Shown piece after piece: positions 10,207 through 19,865 of a DNA stretch of 64,000 nucleotides. The position numbers were made by a program, and so were the translations under genes. How positions within the stretch are numbered: the stretch's first letter is position 1; each line of letters starts with the position of its first letter. Under the pieces are notes generated by a model, which had not been told where the DNA came from, did no database searches, and was given only the letters and a program-made list of their open reading frames with translations. The DNA is taken from NCBI GenBank assembly GCA_045634445.1, contig JAZRAG010000075.1, positions 7,782 through 71,781 of the forward strand, written 5' to 3'. This DNA comes from Candidatus Spyradenecus sp. Its GTDB lineage: Bacteria > Verrucomicrobiota > Kiritimatiellia > RFP12 > DVOR01.

Positions 10207-11042
10207 GTGCGCCAAAAGCTCGCTTCCAATCGCGCATGGCACAAGGCTTTACGCGCTTTTTTACCTCCACAGAGGAAGATCGCGTACGTGATGAAGCGAT
10301 GGATCCCCCGCGCCCCTTCATTGAGCATTTCATTGACTTGCGCAACTGTGTCATCGCCTGCGTGATTGCGTGGGTGGTAGCAATGCTTCTTGTGGCGCCC
10401 TTTTCACCGTGGATTATTGAACTCTTGCAAGCACCCGTTGTGGAATCTGGTTTGCAAGAGCAAGGGGTCACGGTGGAAGGTCTTGAAATTGGCGTAGGCT
10501 TCTCCCTCTTTATGACCACGATGCTTTGGGGTGGCACCATTGTCTCCCTGCCAGCATTGCTCTACTTCATCTTCCGCTTCGTCTTCCCAGGATTGCGTCG
10601 ACACGAACGCAATATTGTATTGGCGACGCTGATTAGTGGGGTGGCGCTCTTCATCGGTGGCGTTTGGCTCTGCTTTAGCTTTGCCCTGCGGTTGGCTCTT
10701 GAAGCGCTCATGGCCATTAACCAATGGATGAATGTGCCTGTCACCATTTTACAAGCAGAAGCCTACATCGGCTTTGTGCTGAAAATCTTGCTTGCCTTTG
10801 GCCTTGCCTTCCAATTCCCCTTAGTGCTCTTAGTGCTCGGATGGCTTGGCATCATTAGCGCAAAAGCGCTCTCTTCGCGTCGCGGTATCGCGATTGTCTT
10901 GATTTTTACGATGGCGATGTTCTTAACACCGCCAGACCCTTTATCGCAGATTATCATGGCTGTGCCGATGTGCCTGCTCTATGAAATCACCATCATTTTA
11001 GTACGATTGCGCGAGAAAATCAGCGCAACAACAATGGAGTAA
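10203..11042 (+). CDS. tatC: twin-arginine translocase subunit TatC
   Basis: 6-TM TatC profile (FIEHFIDLRNCVIACVIAWVVAML...); 4-bp overlap with tatA. Confidence 0.9.
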   Translation: MSAPKARFQSRMAQGFTRFFTSTEEDRVRDEAMDPPRPFIEHFIDLRNCVIACVIAWVVAMLLVAPFSPWIIELLQAPVVESGLQEQGVTVEGLEIGVGFSLFMTTMLWGGTIVSLPALLYFIFRFVFPGLRRHERNIVLATLISGVALFIGGVWLCFSFALRLALEALMAINQWMNVPVTILQAEAYIGFVLKILLAFGLAFQFPLVLLVLGWLGIISAKALSSRRGIAIVLIFTMAMFLTPPDPLSQIIMAVPMCLLYEITIILVRLREKISATTME

Positions 11043-11047
11043 TTACT

Positions 11048-12238
11048 ATGGGCTTTGAGTCTGGGTCAATGACCTTTCGCGCATTTTACCTCTCTCGCGC
11101 ATTTACCCCCGCTGACATGGAGCGCTTTGCAACGCGTCCCTTGCCTCCCATCAATACATTGACGGGCGATCAGCCGTTACATGGTTGGGCAGGTCCGTCT
11201 CACGCATTGGATACTGAACTCACCGAAGAACACTGCTGGCGCGCAGATTGGCTGTGGTTCGCACACGTAACGGCTCAGAAGAAGGTGCCGCCAAGCTTGA
11301 TGCGTGCGATGTTGATGGCTGAACTTGAAGTAGAACGCAAGGCCCGTGGTGTGGAAATTTTGCCACGTGCAGCTAAGATTGAAGTGAAAGAACGCGTTGC
11401 CGAAGATTTGATTCGCGATGCGCAGCCCTCCTTTGGTTCGATGGAGTGCGCGATTGACTTGCGTAATGACCGCTTACTTGCGAGCGCAATGAATGACGCG
11501 TCGATGCAGGTGCTCTGCCCCTTCTTCCGCGAAACCACGGGTTGCATGCCTGTGGCCTGCGGTCCTGAAAGCGCGGCTTATCGTCTCTGTGGCCTTGATG
11601 CCAATAGCGTGGAATTGATGAATCTCACACCGAATGAAGCCATTGGCATCCCGCCAGAAGTGACGCTCGGTACGGAATTCTTGACTTGGCTCTTCTACCG
11701 TTGGGAAAAGGAAGACGCCACCTTCAAGATGGGCGATGATCGTTGTCAGTTGATGTTTGAAGGCCCCTTGATGTTTACGGGCGATAAGGCGCCAGGTTGC
11801 CACGAAACGGTCTTGCGTAATGGCACACCTTTGGATACGCCTGAATTCGGCATTGCGCTTTGGAATGGTAAGAAACTCCGCCGTGCGAAGTTGACCTTAA
11901 CCCGTAATGACTGGATTATCACCGCCACGGTGGATGGTTACGACTTCTCTTTCCGTTCGCTCAAGTGTGATCCGCCGAAGAAGTCTAAGGATGCTGACGC
12001 TGTTTCGGAAATGCCGTCAATGAACGCCCCTGGCGCTGCACCTGCACCCGAGGTAGAGGATGGCAAGCGCAAGTTGAGTGCAGACGAACGTCTTGATCGT
12101 GCTGCCTTCTATGTGGATGCCTTCTTGCATCTCTACAAGGAGTTCTTGAAGTTGCGCGAAGATGGCGTGGCATGGCGTGGAGAACTTGCTAAGATTCGTC
12201 CGTGGATTGCAACTCGTTCGGGTCAGGTAGAGGCCTAA
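11048..12238 (+). CDS. hypothetical protein, possibly RdgC-like recombination-associated protein
   Basis: Pattern similarity to RdgC N-terminus (F..YRLSR..., MAFTP-like) and C-terminus (KRLKF-like LRRAKLTL); weak, by eye only. Confidence 0.4.
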   Translation: MGFESGSMTFRAFYLSRAFTPADMERFATRPLPPINTLTGDQPLHGWAGPSHALDTELTEEHCWRADWLWFAHVTAQKKVPPSLMRAMLMAELEVERKARGVEILPRAAKIEVKERVAEDLIRDAQPSFGSMECAIDLRNDRLLASAMNDASMQVLCPFFRETTGCMPVACGPESAAYRLCGLDANSVELMNLTPNEAIGIPPEVTLGTEFLTWLFYRWEKEDATFKMGDDRCQLMFEGPLMFTGDKAPGCHETVLRNGTPLDTPEFGIALWNGKKLRRAKLTLTRNDWIITATVDGYDFSFRSLKCDPPKKSKDADAVSEMPSMNAPGAAPAPEVEDGKRKLSADERLDRAAFYVDAFLHLYKEFLKLREDGVAWRGELAKIRPWIATRSGQVEA

Positions 12239-12843
12239 TGCGTTACGCACTGCATGAGATTTTTGAAACCCGCCAAGGGGAAGGGCGCAATACGGGAAAG
12301 CCGTGCGTTTTCGTCCGCTTTGCGGGATGTAACCTTGCGTGCCCTTGGTGTGATACCGATTTCTCTGCACAATGCTTCATGGAAGCAGACGAAATCATCG
12401 CAAAGTTGGCCACTTATTCTGTGAAGAGTGTGATTTTTACGGGCGGTGAACCGCTTATTCAGTCAGGACTTGAAGCCCTTGCGCGTGAATTGAAAGCGCG
12501 CGGTTATTGGTTAGGCATTGAAACCAATGGCACGATTGAGCCCAAGGAGTGCCTTCGTGAAGTATTAGACTACATTGCGACTTCGCCGAAATTAGAGGCG
12601 CCCATTGCGATTACGCGTGCGAATGAAGTGCGTTTAGTAACCGCTGAGGGCGTGACCGCGGAGTGGTGTCGTGCAGTGCGTGCGCAGATTCAGGCTGAGG
12701 ATTATTATCTTTCGCCATGTGACTGTGATGGCGGGCTGCAAGTGCGTCCCGCGCTTGAACGTCTAGGTGAGCTAAACAGTGATTCGCCAATGCCGCCGTG
12801 GCGGCTTTCATTGCAAACGCATAAGTTAGCGGGGATTCCATGA
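12238..12843 (+). CDS. queE: 7-carboxy-7-deazaguanine synthase (radical SAM)
   Basis: CxxxCxxC-like radical SAM motif FAGCNLACPWCDT; start ATG 12238 overlaps upstream stop (TAATG). Confidence 0.85.
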   Translation: MRYALHEIFETRQGEGRNTGKPCVFVRFAGCNLACPWCDTDFSAQCFMEADEIIAKLATYSVKSVIFTGGEPLIQSGLEALARELKARGYWLGIETNGTIEPKECLREVLDYIATSPKLEAPIAITRANEVRLVTAEGVTAEWCRAVRAQIQAEDYYLSPCDCDGGLQVRPALERLGELNSDSPMPPWRLSLQTHKLAGIP

Positions 12844-13547
12844 GCGTGACAGAAACGGAAGAGCTTTTTAACGGATGCCGAGTGGTTCGTCTTACGCCTG
12901 AAACGCCTAAAGGCACGATGGTGTGGTTTCATGGCGGCGGCTGGATGATTGAATTGGGCGAAGATGCCTTACAGTGGGGGCGTGATTTAGCTGCGCGCAC
13001 AAGCCTCACGGTGTTGATGCCCGATTATCCCTTGGCGCGTGAACACGCTTATCCAGCTTCCAATGCGTGGTGCGTGGAGTTTTGGCGTCACTGCTTGCGT
13101 ACAGAAACGGGCCCAGTCTATTTGGGCGGTGACTCGGCTGGCGCACATTTGGCATTGTGCTCACTGCCAGGTGGTCAACCCGAAAAGGCGCTCTTTATCT
13201 ATGCCGTGACGACGCTTTTGCCCATCCGTGATAGTGGCTCGTGGGCGGCCTTTAAGAAGGGGTGGCCTCTTTCGCCGCGGTTGATGGACTATTTCTATGA
13301 TGCGTATTGTCCCAATGTTGAGATGCGTTACGCTGCATCGCCTTTGGAGCAGCTCGAAATCGTGCCGCAGACGTTGTTGATTACTGCGGCTAACGACATT
13401 TTGGCAGACCAACAAACCGAGTTTGCGCGTCGCTTTGGTGCAAAGCAAATCGTCTATGAAGGCGCAGGGCATATCTTCCTCTCGCGAGCAGAAGGTGCGG
13501 CTTATCGCGCGAAGGCGTTGGAGGATGCGGCAGCCTTTTTGGCATAG
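12840..13547 (+). CDS. alpha/beta hydrolase (esterase/lipase fold-3 family)
   Basis: HGGGW oxyanion motif and GDSAG nucleophile elbow. Confidence 0.78.
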   Translation: MSVTETEELFNGCRVVRLTPETPKGTMVWFHGGGWMIELGEDALQWGRDLAARTSLTVLMPDYPLAREHAYPASNAWCVEFWRHCLRTETGPVYLGGDSAGAHLALCSLPGGQPEKALFIYAVTTLLPIRDSGSWAAFKKGWPLSPRLMDYFYDAYCPNVEMRYAASPLEQLEIVPQTLLITAANDILADQQTEFARRFGAKQIVYEGAGHIFLSRAEGAAYRAKALEDAAAFLA

Positions 13548-13620
13548 TGTGATGGCCTAAAAATGAATTAAGGTTCTTTTGAGGTGCAATTGAAGCCTTT
13601 TGTGGAATTGAAAATAGCTT

Positions 13621-14298
13621 ATGTCGACGCGGAAAACAACCCTTATTAAAAAGTACACGCTTGCGGACTATGAAGCGATTCACGCTGCATTAGCGCAGGC
13701 GTATACGGAAGTACAAGCGCCGATCATGGATTTAATTGCCGCGCAGACGCATGACCCGTATCGTATCCTCGTTGGGACGATCCTCTCTGCGCGCACCAAA
13801 GACCAAACCACCGCAGCTGCTCTTGAACGTCTTTTCCCTGTGGCGCCAGACATGGCTGCGCTGGGCAAACTTACTGCTGCAGAACTTGAAAAACTCATTT
13901 ATCCCGTGGGCTTTTACCACACAAAGGCCGAACACTTAGCCGCTTTACCACACGCGTTGGAGGAGAAGTTTGGCGGTGTGATTCCGCACACTGTTGAAGA
14001 GTTAATCCAACTGCCCGGTGTCGGACGTAAAACGGCGAACCTTGTCGTCTCTTTGGCCTTTAATCTGCCTGCGATTTGCGTGGATACGCATGTGCATCGC
14101 ATTAACAATCGCCTTGGGATTGTGCGCACAAAGACGCCACTAGATACAGAGATGGCCTTGCGTAAATGTTTACCGCAACATCTCTGGAGCCCGTGGAATA
14201 TGATTTTCGTCTCCTTTGGGCAGACGCGTTGTAAGCCCATTGGCCCGAAGTGTGCAGGTTGTCCCATCGCCCATTATTGCAATGAGGTGCGCGCATGA
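13621..14298 (+). CDS. nth: endonuclease III (HhH-GPD DNA glycosylase, 4Fe-4S)
   Basis: HhH-GPD motif LPGVGRKTANLV, catalytic D, C-terminal Cx6CxxCx5C cluster. Confidence 0.9.
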   Translation: MSTRKTTLIKKYTLADYEAIHAALAQAYTEVQAPIMDLIAAQTHDPYRILVGTILSARTKDQTTAAALERLFPVAPDMAALGKLTAAELEKLIYPVGFYHTKAEHLAALPHALEEKFGGVIPHTVEELIQLPGVGRKTANLVVSLAFNLPAICVDTHVHRINNRLGIVRTKTPLDTEMALRKCLPQHLWSPWNMIFVSFGQTRCKPIGPKCAGCPIAHYCNEVRA

Positions 14299-14963
14299 AG
14301 ACCACCCTCCCGCGCGTAGCGCTCTTTGATGTGGATGGCACGCTCTTTGATACGGAGCGTTTGTGGTCTGAAGCATTGGCTTTAATTTTCGAAGAACTCG
14401 GTCATCCGCAACCCGTTTCGCGTCTAATGCATCTAACATATGGCCTTGCGTGGCCAGATGCGCATGCGGCATTGCGAAAAGCATTCCCTGATGTCTTGGC
14501 AGACTTCTCTGCGAGCCGCTTGGGGCATCGTTTGTGCATATGTTTTGATCGTCTCTTTCAATTGGCACCGCCTGTCATTGAGAGCAGTGTCGCATTGTTA
14601 CGACGTTTAAACGCGGCAGGCGTTAAGTGCGCCTATGTTTCGGGAAGCCCGCGTACAACGATTACTGCGAATTTGGCACGTTGCGGAATGACTGACCTTT
14701 TGGATGCGTCATGCTCTGTGCCTTCTGATGATATGCCGCGTGGCAAACCTAATCCAGATGGTTACCTTCTCGCCCTTGAGCGTTGCGGCGTGACAGCTGC
14801 AGAGGTTGTCGCTTTTGAAGATTCACGCGTGGGCTCAACCGCCGCATTGGCCGCAGGCATTGAGCGCACCTTTGTTTGTCCGCCACCGAGTGCGCCAAAT
14901 CAAGATTACCCACCAGGCGCCATCCGCGTCTCAACGTGGGACGAACTCTTTCCTGCGAGTTAA
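14295..14963 (+). CDS. HAD-superfamily hydrolase (beta-phosphoglucomutase-like phosphatase)
   Basis: DVDGTLFDT motif I; motif III/IV (FEDSRVG); 4-bp overlap with nth. Confidence 0.75.
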   Translation: MKTTLPRVALFDVDGTLFDTERLWSEALALIFEELGHPQPVSRLMHLTYGLAWPDAHAALRKAFPDVLADFSASRLGHRLCICFDRLFQLAPPVIESSVALLRRLNAAGVKCAYVSGSPRTTITANLARCGMTDLLDASCSVPSDDMPRGKPNPDGYLLALERCGVTAAEVVAFEDSRVGSTAALAAGIERTFVCPPPSAPNQDYPPGAIRVSTWDELFPAS

Positions 14964-15014
14964 TCGTTAATTCGTAAAGACTTTAATTGCTAACACTTAA
15001 AACGAAAGTAGAAT

Positions 15015-16157
15015 ATGTTTTATTTAATCAGTGAATGGTTACGCACCTTTTGGGGTCCTTTCCGCCTCTTACAATCCCACGTGGTGATGATGGGTGGCGG
15101 TGCTCTTGCTGCTGCAATTTTGGTCTGGATGTTCTTACCGAAATTGGCAAAGAAGTGTCCGATGGATCGCGGCAAAGTCGTCAAGACGGTTGATGGCAAG
15201 AGTGTTGCAATCGCAGGTGGCGCAGACGCTAAGGCAAAGCCTACGGGTACGGGTGCGGCGATGGCGCTCTTGTTGGCGCCTGTGCTCCTCTGCTTTTTCC
15301 CGATTTACGCATGGGAGTCCTTGTGGGACATTGGCGTGATTCTCTGCATCTATGCGTGCATGATTTCGGGTTACTTAGATGACCGTGCAGACATCCCTTG
15401 GAGCGGACTCAAGAAGGGCCTCTTCGATGTGGCGGTTTCGTGTTTGACGGCGATTTGCCTCTGCCATGGCCAAGATATGGCGGTGTGGTGGCCCTTTACG
15501 CGCGTTGAAACCCTCATGCCTGTGTGGCTCTATGTGCCCATCGCAGGCGCATTGCTCTTTGGTGCGATTAATACCACCAACTGCTCAGACGGCATTGACG
15601 GCCTTGCAGGCTTGTTGACATTGTTGTCCTTAACGGCGATGGCTATTTTGCTTTACGTGGTAATCGGTCACAGCGTGGTGGCAGACTATCTCTTGATCCC
15701 GCATAGCAATTCTGCTGCAAAGTGGGCGGTGCTCGTCAGTATCTTCGCAGGTTCAATGGGCGCATACTTGTGGTACAACTGCAATCCTTCGTCGCTTTTG
15801 ATGGGTGATGCAGGCAGTCGTATGTTCGGAATGGTGATTGGTATTGCAGCTTTGATGTCGGGCAACTTCTGTGTGTTGTTGGCCGTGGCACCGATGATCT
15901 TGATCAATGGCGGTTTGGGCCTTGTGAAGCTCGCTTGCTTGCGCGTCTTACGCCTCGCTGGGCATCCAGTGAATCGCCCCGAGCCGGGGCAGAAGCCAAC
16001 GCTTTTGCAGCGCATCTTCTTTACCTTCACCTTCCCCTTGCATGATCACTTCCGTAAGCAAAAGGGTTGGTCTGGCCAACAGGTGGTGATTCGCTTCTTG
16101 CTTTTGCAAGCATTGCTCTTGCCTGTGTTGTTTATGATTTTGATTAAGGTGCGCTAA
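15015..16157 (+). CDS. mraY: phospho-N-acetylmuramoyl-pentapeptide transferase
   Basis: PNPT family motifs GYLDDR, NTTNCSDGIDGLAG, and MraY-type C-terminus PLHDHFRKQKGW...IKVR aligning with E. coli APIHHHYELKGW...LKVR. Confidence 0.85.
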   Translation: MFYLISEWLRTFWGPFRLLQSHVVMMGGGALAAAILVWMFLPKLAKKCPMDRGKVVKTVDGKSVAIAGGADAKAKPTGTGAAMALLLAPVLLCFFPIYAWESLWDIGVILCIYACMISGYLDDRADIPWSGLKKGLFDVAVSCLTAICLCHGQDMAVWWPFTRVETLMPVWLYVPIAGALLFGAINTTNCSDGIDGLAGLLTLLSLTAMAILLYVVIGHSVVADYLLIPHSNSAAKWAVLVSIFAGSMGAYLWYNCNPSSLLMGDAGSRMFGMVIGIAALMSGNFCVLLAVAPMILINGGLGLVKLACLRVLRLAGHPVNRPEPGQKPTLLQRIFFTFTFPLHDHFRKQKGWSGQQVVIRFLLLQALLLPVLFMILIKVR

Positions 16158-16618
16158 TGCGAAAACTCATTTGCCTTTCAAGCGCTATTGGTGCCGTTGC
16201 CTTGGCGGCAGACCAAGTGACAAAGGTCGCTGTTGAGCGCGCCTTTCAATTAGGCGAAACGCTTCCCGTGTGGCCCTTCTTTTCCTTGACCTATGTGCGT
16301 AATCAAGGTGCCGCATGGGGTATGTTCCAAGGCGCGCACTACATTCTTGCAGGTGTTGCCGTCATCGCGATGGTGGCCTGCACGATCTTTTGGCGTAAGA
16401 TCTTCGGCGAGAGTCGCGGTGCGGTATTGATTGGCGGCTTGCTCTATTCGGGCATTATTGGCAATCTCATTGATCGTGTTCGCTTAGGGTATGTGGTTGA
16501 CTTCTTTGACTTTTATTGGGGTAACTACCATTTCCCGTGCTTCAACATCGCTGATTGCGCGATTTGCATCTCGGTCTTTATCTTGATTCTCTTGCAATGG
16601 CGGACGAAGGAGTCATGA
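16157..16618 (+). CDS. lspA: lipoprotein signal peptidase II
   Basis: 4-TM LspA pattern with conserved NRGAAWG and FNIADCAI motifs. Confidence 0.85.
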   Translation: MRKLICLSSAIGAVALAADQVTKVAVERAFQLGETLPVWPFFSLTYVRNQGAAWGMFQGAHYILAGVAVIAMVACTIFWRKIFGESRGAVLIGGLLYSGIIGNLIDRVRLGYVVDFFDFYWGNYHFPCFNIADCAICISVFILILLQWRTKES

Positions 16619-17490
16619 GCGAAGCACCACGTTTCTGTTTAGCTGGAGCCACCGCTACGGGCAAAAGCGCCGTTGCGCAATTGCTTGCGGAACGCCTCAA
16701 TGGCGTTATTTTGTCGGCGGATGCGATGCTTGTCTATCAAGGACTCGACATCGGCACGGCAAAGCCCTCTATCGCAGAACGTGGGGATGTGCCCTATTTT
16801 GGTGTGGATTGCGTAACACCAGCCGAAGATTTCTCCGCGGCTGCATGGCTCGCAGAGGCAGAACGCGCACGCCAATGTGATGCGCCTTGCATTGTTGCTG
16901 GCGGCACAGGTCTCTATTTCAGTGCGCTCTTGCGCGGCTTAGATCCTTCGCCGCCTGCGAATCCAGAACTGCGTGCGCAATTGGAAGCCTGCTCTTTAAC
17001 AGAACTTCAAACGCGTTTGGCCGCTACAGGTAAGACGATTGCCGATCCATCGAATCCACGTCGATTAGTACGAGCATTGGAAATCTTGGAAAGTGGGGGT
17101 GACTTGCCTGGCGGTTGGCAGACCAAGGTCAAGCCGCCGCTTACGGCCCTCACGTGGGATCGTGCAATCTTGCACCAACGCATTGCGCGTCGCGTGGATG
17201 AGATGTATGCCATGGGCCTCTTAGATGAGGCGCAGCGCGTCCGTAAAGTCTATCCTGTGTGGTCGCGCACTGCGGCGCAGGCAATTGGTTATGCAGAAGC
17301 CTTTGCAGTCTTGGATGGCACAATGACGCTTGTGGAAGCGAAGGAACGCACTGTGATTCGTACCCGTCAATTGGCGCGTCGCCAAGAGGTCTACTTGCGG
17401 GGTCAGTTTGAGGTTACGTGGATTCGTGGCGAAATGGGTGATACGGTCGAAACGCTTGCTGAGAAGGTGGCGCAAGCGTGGCAATTGTGA
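16615..17490 (+). CDS. miaA: tRNA dimethylallyltransferase
   Basis: P-loop GATATGKS, DSMQVYQGLDIGTAKP-like motif (DAMLVYQGLDIGTAKP); ATG 16615 overlaps lspA stop. Confidence 0.9.
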   Translation: MSEAPRFCLAGATATGKSAVAQLLAERLNGVILSADAMLVYQGLDIGTAKPSIAERGDVPYFGVDCVTPAEDFSAAAWLAEAERARQCDAPCIVAGGTGLYFSALLRGLDPSPPANPELRAQLEACSLTELQTRLAATGKTIADPSNPRRLVRALEILESGGDLPGGWQTKVKPPLTALTWDRAILHQRIARRVDEMYAMGLLDEAQRVRKVYPVWSRTAAQAIGYAEAFAVLDGTMTLVEAKERTVIRTRQLARRQEVYLRGQFEVTWIRGEMGDTVETLAEKVAQAWQL

Positions 17491-17513
17491 GCGTAACAGA
17501 AGTGGAGGGTGTC

Positions 17514-18266
17514 ATGGCAGAGGAAATCCCTGAGGGAGAGCAGAATCGCCTAAAAGATTTACCAGAGGCAGAACGTCCGCGTGAAAAGCTTCTCGCGCGT
17601 GGTGCCGAAGGGTTGAGCGATGCAGAGCTTGTTGCCATTCTCTTACGTACAGGTGTAACGGGATGTAATGTCCGCGACTTGGCGCAACGTTTCTTAGATG
17701 GGCTCACGGGTCTTGATAAGATTCGTACGTGGGATAGTCGCACATTGAAGACCTTTATTGAGCGTACGCCCGAATTACGTGGTATTGGTAAGGATAAGAT
17801 TGCCACGTTGCTCGCCGCTTTTGAAATTGGGTTTCGCATCTATGCTCCTAAAGAGAAATTAGTGCGCGGTGCCGTTTTAACACCTGCACAGGCTGTGTCG
17901 CTAATCATTGACGATGTGAAACACTTTAATCGCGAGGGCTTTTGGGCGATTTATTTGGATAAACGACGTCGCCCGATTGAGCAACCTCAACCGCTCACCT
18001 TAGGCATTGGCGCGCAGACAGTGATTGATGCTAAGACGCTCTACCGCCGTGCCGTCCTCTTTGATGCATGCGCTGTCATTATCTTGCACAACCATCCGAG
18101 TGGTAATTTAGACCCCAGTGAGGCCGATTTAGAGACTACGCGTGCACTTATCTCTGCGGGTAAGACAATGAACATCCCTTTAATTGATCATATCATTGTC
18201 TGCCCACCGGGCTTGAATCATCCGCATTATCGTTCGCTCCGTAGCCATAACGACTGCACCTTCTAA
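17514..18266 (+). CDS. radC: RadC-family JAB/MPN domain protein
   Basis: HhH N-region (LSDAELVAILLRTG) and JAMM motif HNHPSG..DPSEAD; upstream alternative start 17478. Confidence 0.85.
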   Translation: MAEEIPEGEQNRLKDLPEAERPREKLLARGAEGLSDAELVAILLRTGVTGCNVRDLAQRFLDGLTGLDKIRTWDSRTLKTFIERTPELRGIGKDKIATLLAAFEIGFRIYAPKEKLVRGAVLTPAQAVSLIIDDVKHFNREGFWAIYLDKRRRPIEQPQPLTLGIGAQTVIDAKTLYRRAVLFDACAVIILHNHPSGNLDPSEADLETTRALISAGKTMNIPLIDHIIVCPPGLNHPHYRSLRSHNDCTF

Positions 18267-18302
18267 ACAAACCACGCTTTAGATACTAATAAGCAAAATA
18301 AA

Positions 18303-18334
18303 ACAGGGATGACGCTTTACGCAATCATCCCTGT
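18303..18334 (-). terminator. intrinsic terminator hairpin (10-bp stem acagggatga/tcatccctgt) downstream of nfnB-like gene
   Basis: Perfect inverted repeat with A-run on plus strand 5' side (U-run on minus transcript). Confidence 0.6.
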
Positions 18335-18355
18335 TGAAGTTATATGACTGAACGC

Positions 18356-19849
18356 TTACTTGTTCGCGAGGTAGTCATTGATAGCCTTTGCGGCACGGCG
18401 ACCTTCGCCCATGGCGAGGATTACGGTCGCGGCGCCGAGCACGATGTCACCGCCAGCATAAACGCCAGGGATGCTCGTGGCTTGTGTTTCATTCACGACG
18501 ATATTACCGCGACGATTGATTTCCAAGCCAGGGGTGGTCTGGGGGATCAAGGGGTTGGAGGCGTTACCGATTGCGATAATCACGGCATCAATGGGCAGGG
18601 TGAATTCGCTGCCGGCCACGGGTACAGGGCTTCTGCGACCAGAGGTATCGGGTTCACCAAGCTCATAACGCAAACATTCAATGGCGTTTACAATGCCATT
18701 TTCATCACCGAGAATGCGCTCGATATTGCAGAGGAACTGGAAGTTGACGCCCTCTTCTTCTGCGTGTTCCACTTCTTCTGCGCGAGCAGGCATTTCTGCG
18801 CGGCTACGACGATAGACGAGGTAAACCTCTTCTGCGCCTAAACGGAAGGCCATGCGCGCTGCGTCCATTGCCACATTGCCACCGCCTAAAACAGCTACGC
18901 GTTTGGCGGGATAGTAGGGCGTTGCGGCGGCTGCACGGTCGTAAGCCTTCATGAGGTTAGCACGCGTGAGGTATTCGTTGGCCGAGAAGACGCCGACGAG
19001 TTCTTCGCCTGGGATTCCCATAAAGCGCGGCAAACCTGCGCCAGAGCCCACGTAAACGGCATCGTAGCCATCCTTTTCCATAAGGTCCGTGAGCTTACGT
19101 GTGCGACCAACAACAAAGTTGTTTTCTACGGTTACGCCCATCTTCTGGAGGCCTTCGACTTCCTTATCCACGATGGCCTTTGGCAAGCGGAATTCAGGGA
19201 TGCCGTAAACGAGCACACCGCCGGGCTTCTGGAAGGCTTCAAAGAGGGTCACGTCATGACCTTCACGACGGACGTCTGCAGCCACTGTGATACCCGAGGG
19301 TCCAGAACCCACTACTGCGACCTTCTTGCCAGTCGCGGGCTTTACGGAGTTATCAATCGGTGCTTCATCCTCGTGTTCGCGCTGCCAGTCAGCCACAAAA
19401 CGTTCCAGGCGGCCAATCGCCACACTCTGATTTACATCCTTGTGGATGAGACCAACGGTGCAGCCCTTTTGGCACTGATTTTCTTGCGGGCAAACGCGAC
19501 CGCAAATTGCGGGCAAGATGCTATTTTTACGAATGATACTCAAGGCTTCTGCGTAGTTACCCTGTGCAATTTCGCGAATGAAGTCAGGGATCTGAATGGC
19601 AACAGGGCAACCCTTCATGCAAGGTGCATTCTTACACTGTAAGCAACGGTTTGCTTCAATGCGAGCCTGAGTTTCGGTATAACCACACGCCACTTCGTCC
19701 ATGTTGTGCTTACGCACTTCGGGTGGCTGCACGGGCATAGGTTGCTGTGCGAGAGCGTTACGGTCTTTTGGCGAGAGCGGGCGATCTTTAATGGTGGCCC
19801 AAGTTTCAAGAGCTGCGGTTTCAAGCGCTTCTTTGGTGATAAAGGACAT
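18356..19849 (-). CDS. glutamate synthase small-subunit family NAD(P)H oxidoreductase (NfnB/SudA-like), two [4Fe-4S] + FAD + NAD(P)
   Basis: Cys clusters CLQCKNAPCMKGCP and CGRVCPQENQCQKGC; FAD GxGxxG VAVVGSGPSG and second dinucleotide fold VAVLGGGNVAMD. Confidence 0.8.
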   Translation of the reverse strand: MSFITKEALETAALETWATIKDRPLSPKDRNALAQQPMPVQPPEVRKHNMDEVACGYTETQARIEANRCLQCKNAPCMKGCPVAIQIPDFIREIAQGNYAEALSIIRKNSILPAICGRVCPQENQCQKGCTVGLIHKDVNQSVAIGRLERFVADWQREHEDEAPIDNSVKPATGKKVAVVGSGPSGITVAADVRREGHDVTLFEAFQKPGGVLVYGIPEFRLPKAIVDKEVEGLQKMGVTVENNFVVGRTRKLTDLMEKDGYDAVYVGSGAGLPRFMGIPGEELVGVFSANEYLTRANLMKAYDRAAAATPYYPAKRVAVLGGGNVAMDAARMAFRLGAEEVYLVYRRSRAEMPARAEEVEHAEEEGVNFQFLCNIERILGDENGIVNAIECLRYELGEPDTSGRRSPVPVAGSEFTLPIDAVIIAIGNASNPLIPQTTPGLEINRRGNIVVNETQATSIPGVYAGGDIVLGAATVILAMGEGRRAAKAINDYLANK

Positions 19850-19865
19850 GATTAACTCCTAAGGG

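Noticed and set aside
18344-18841. 165-aa plus-strand ORF
   Set aside because: It is antisense to the 3' part of the nfnB-like gene, and the terminator hairpin at 18303-18334 belongs to the minus-strand transcript.
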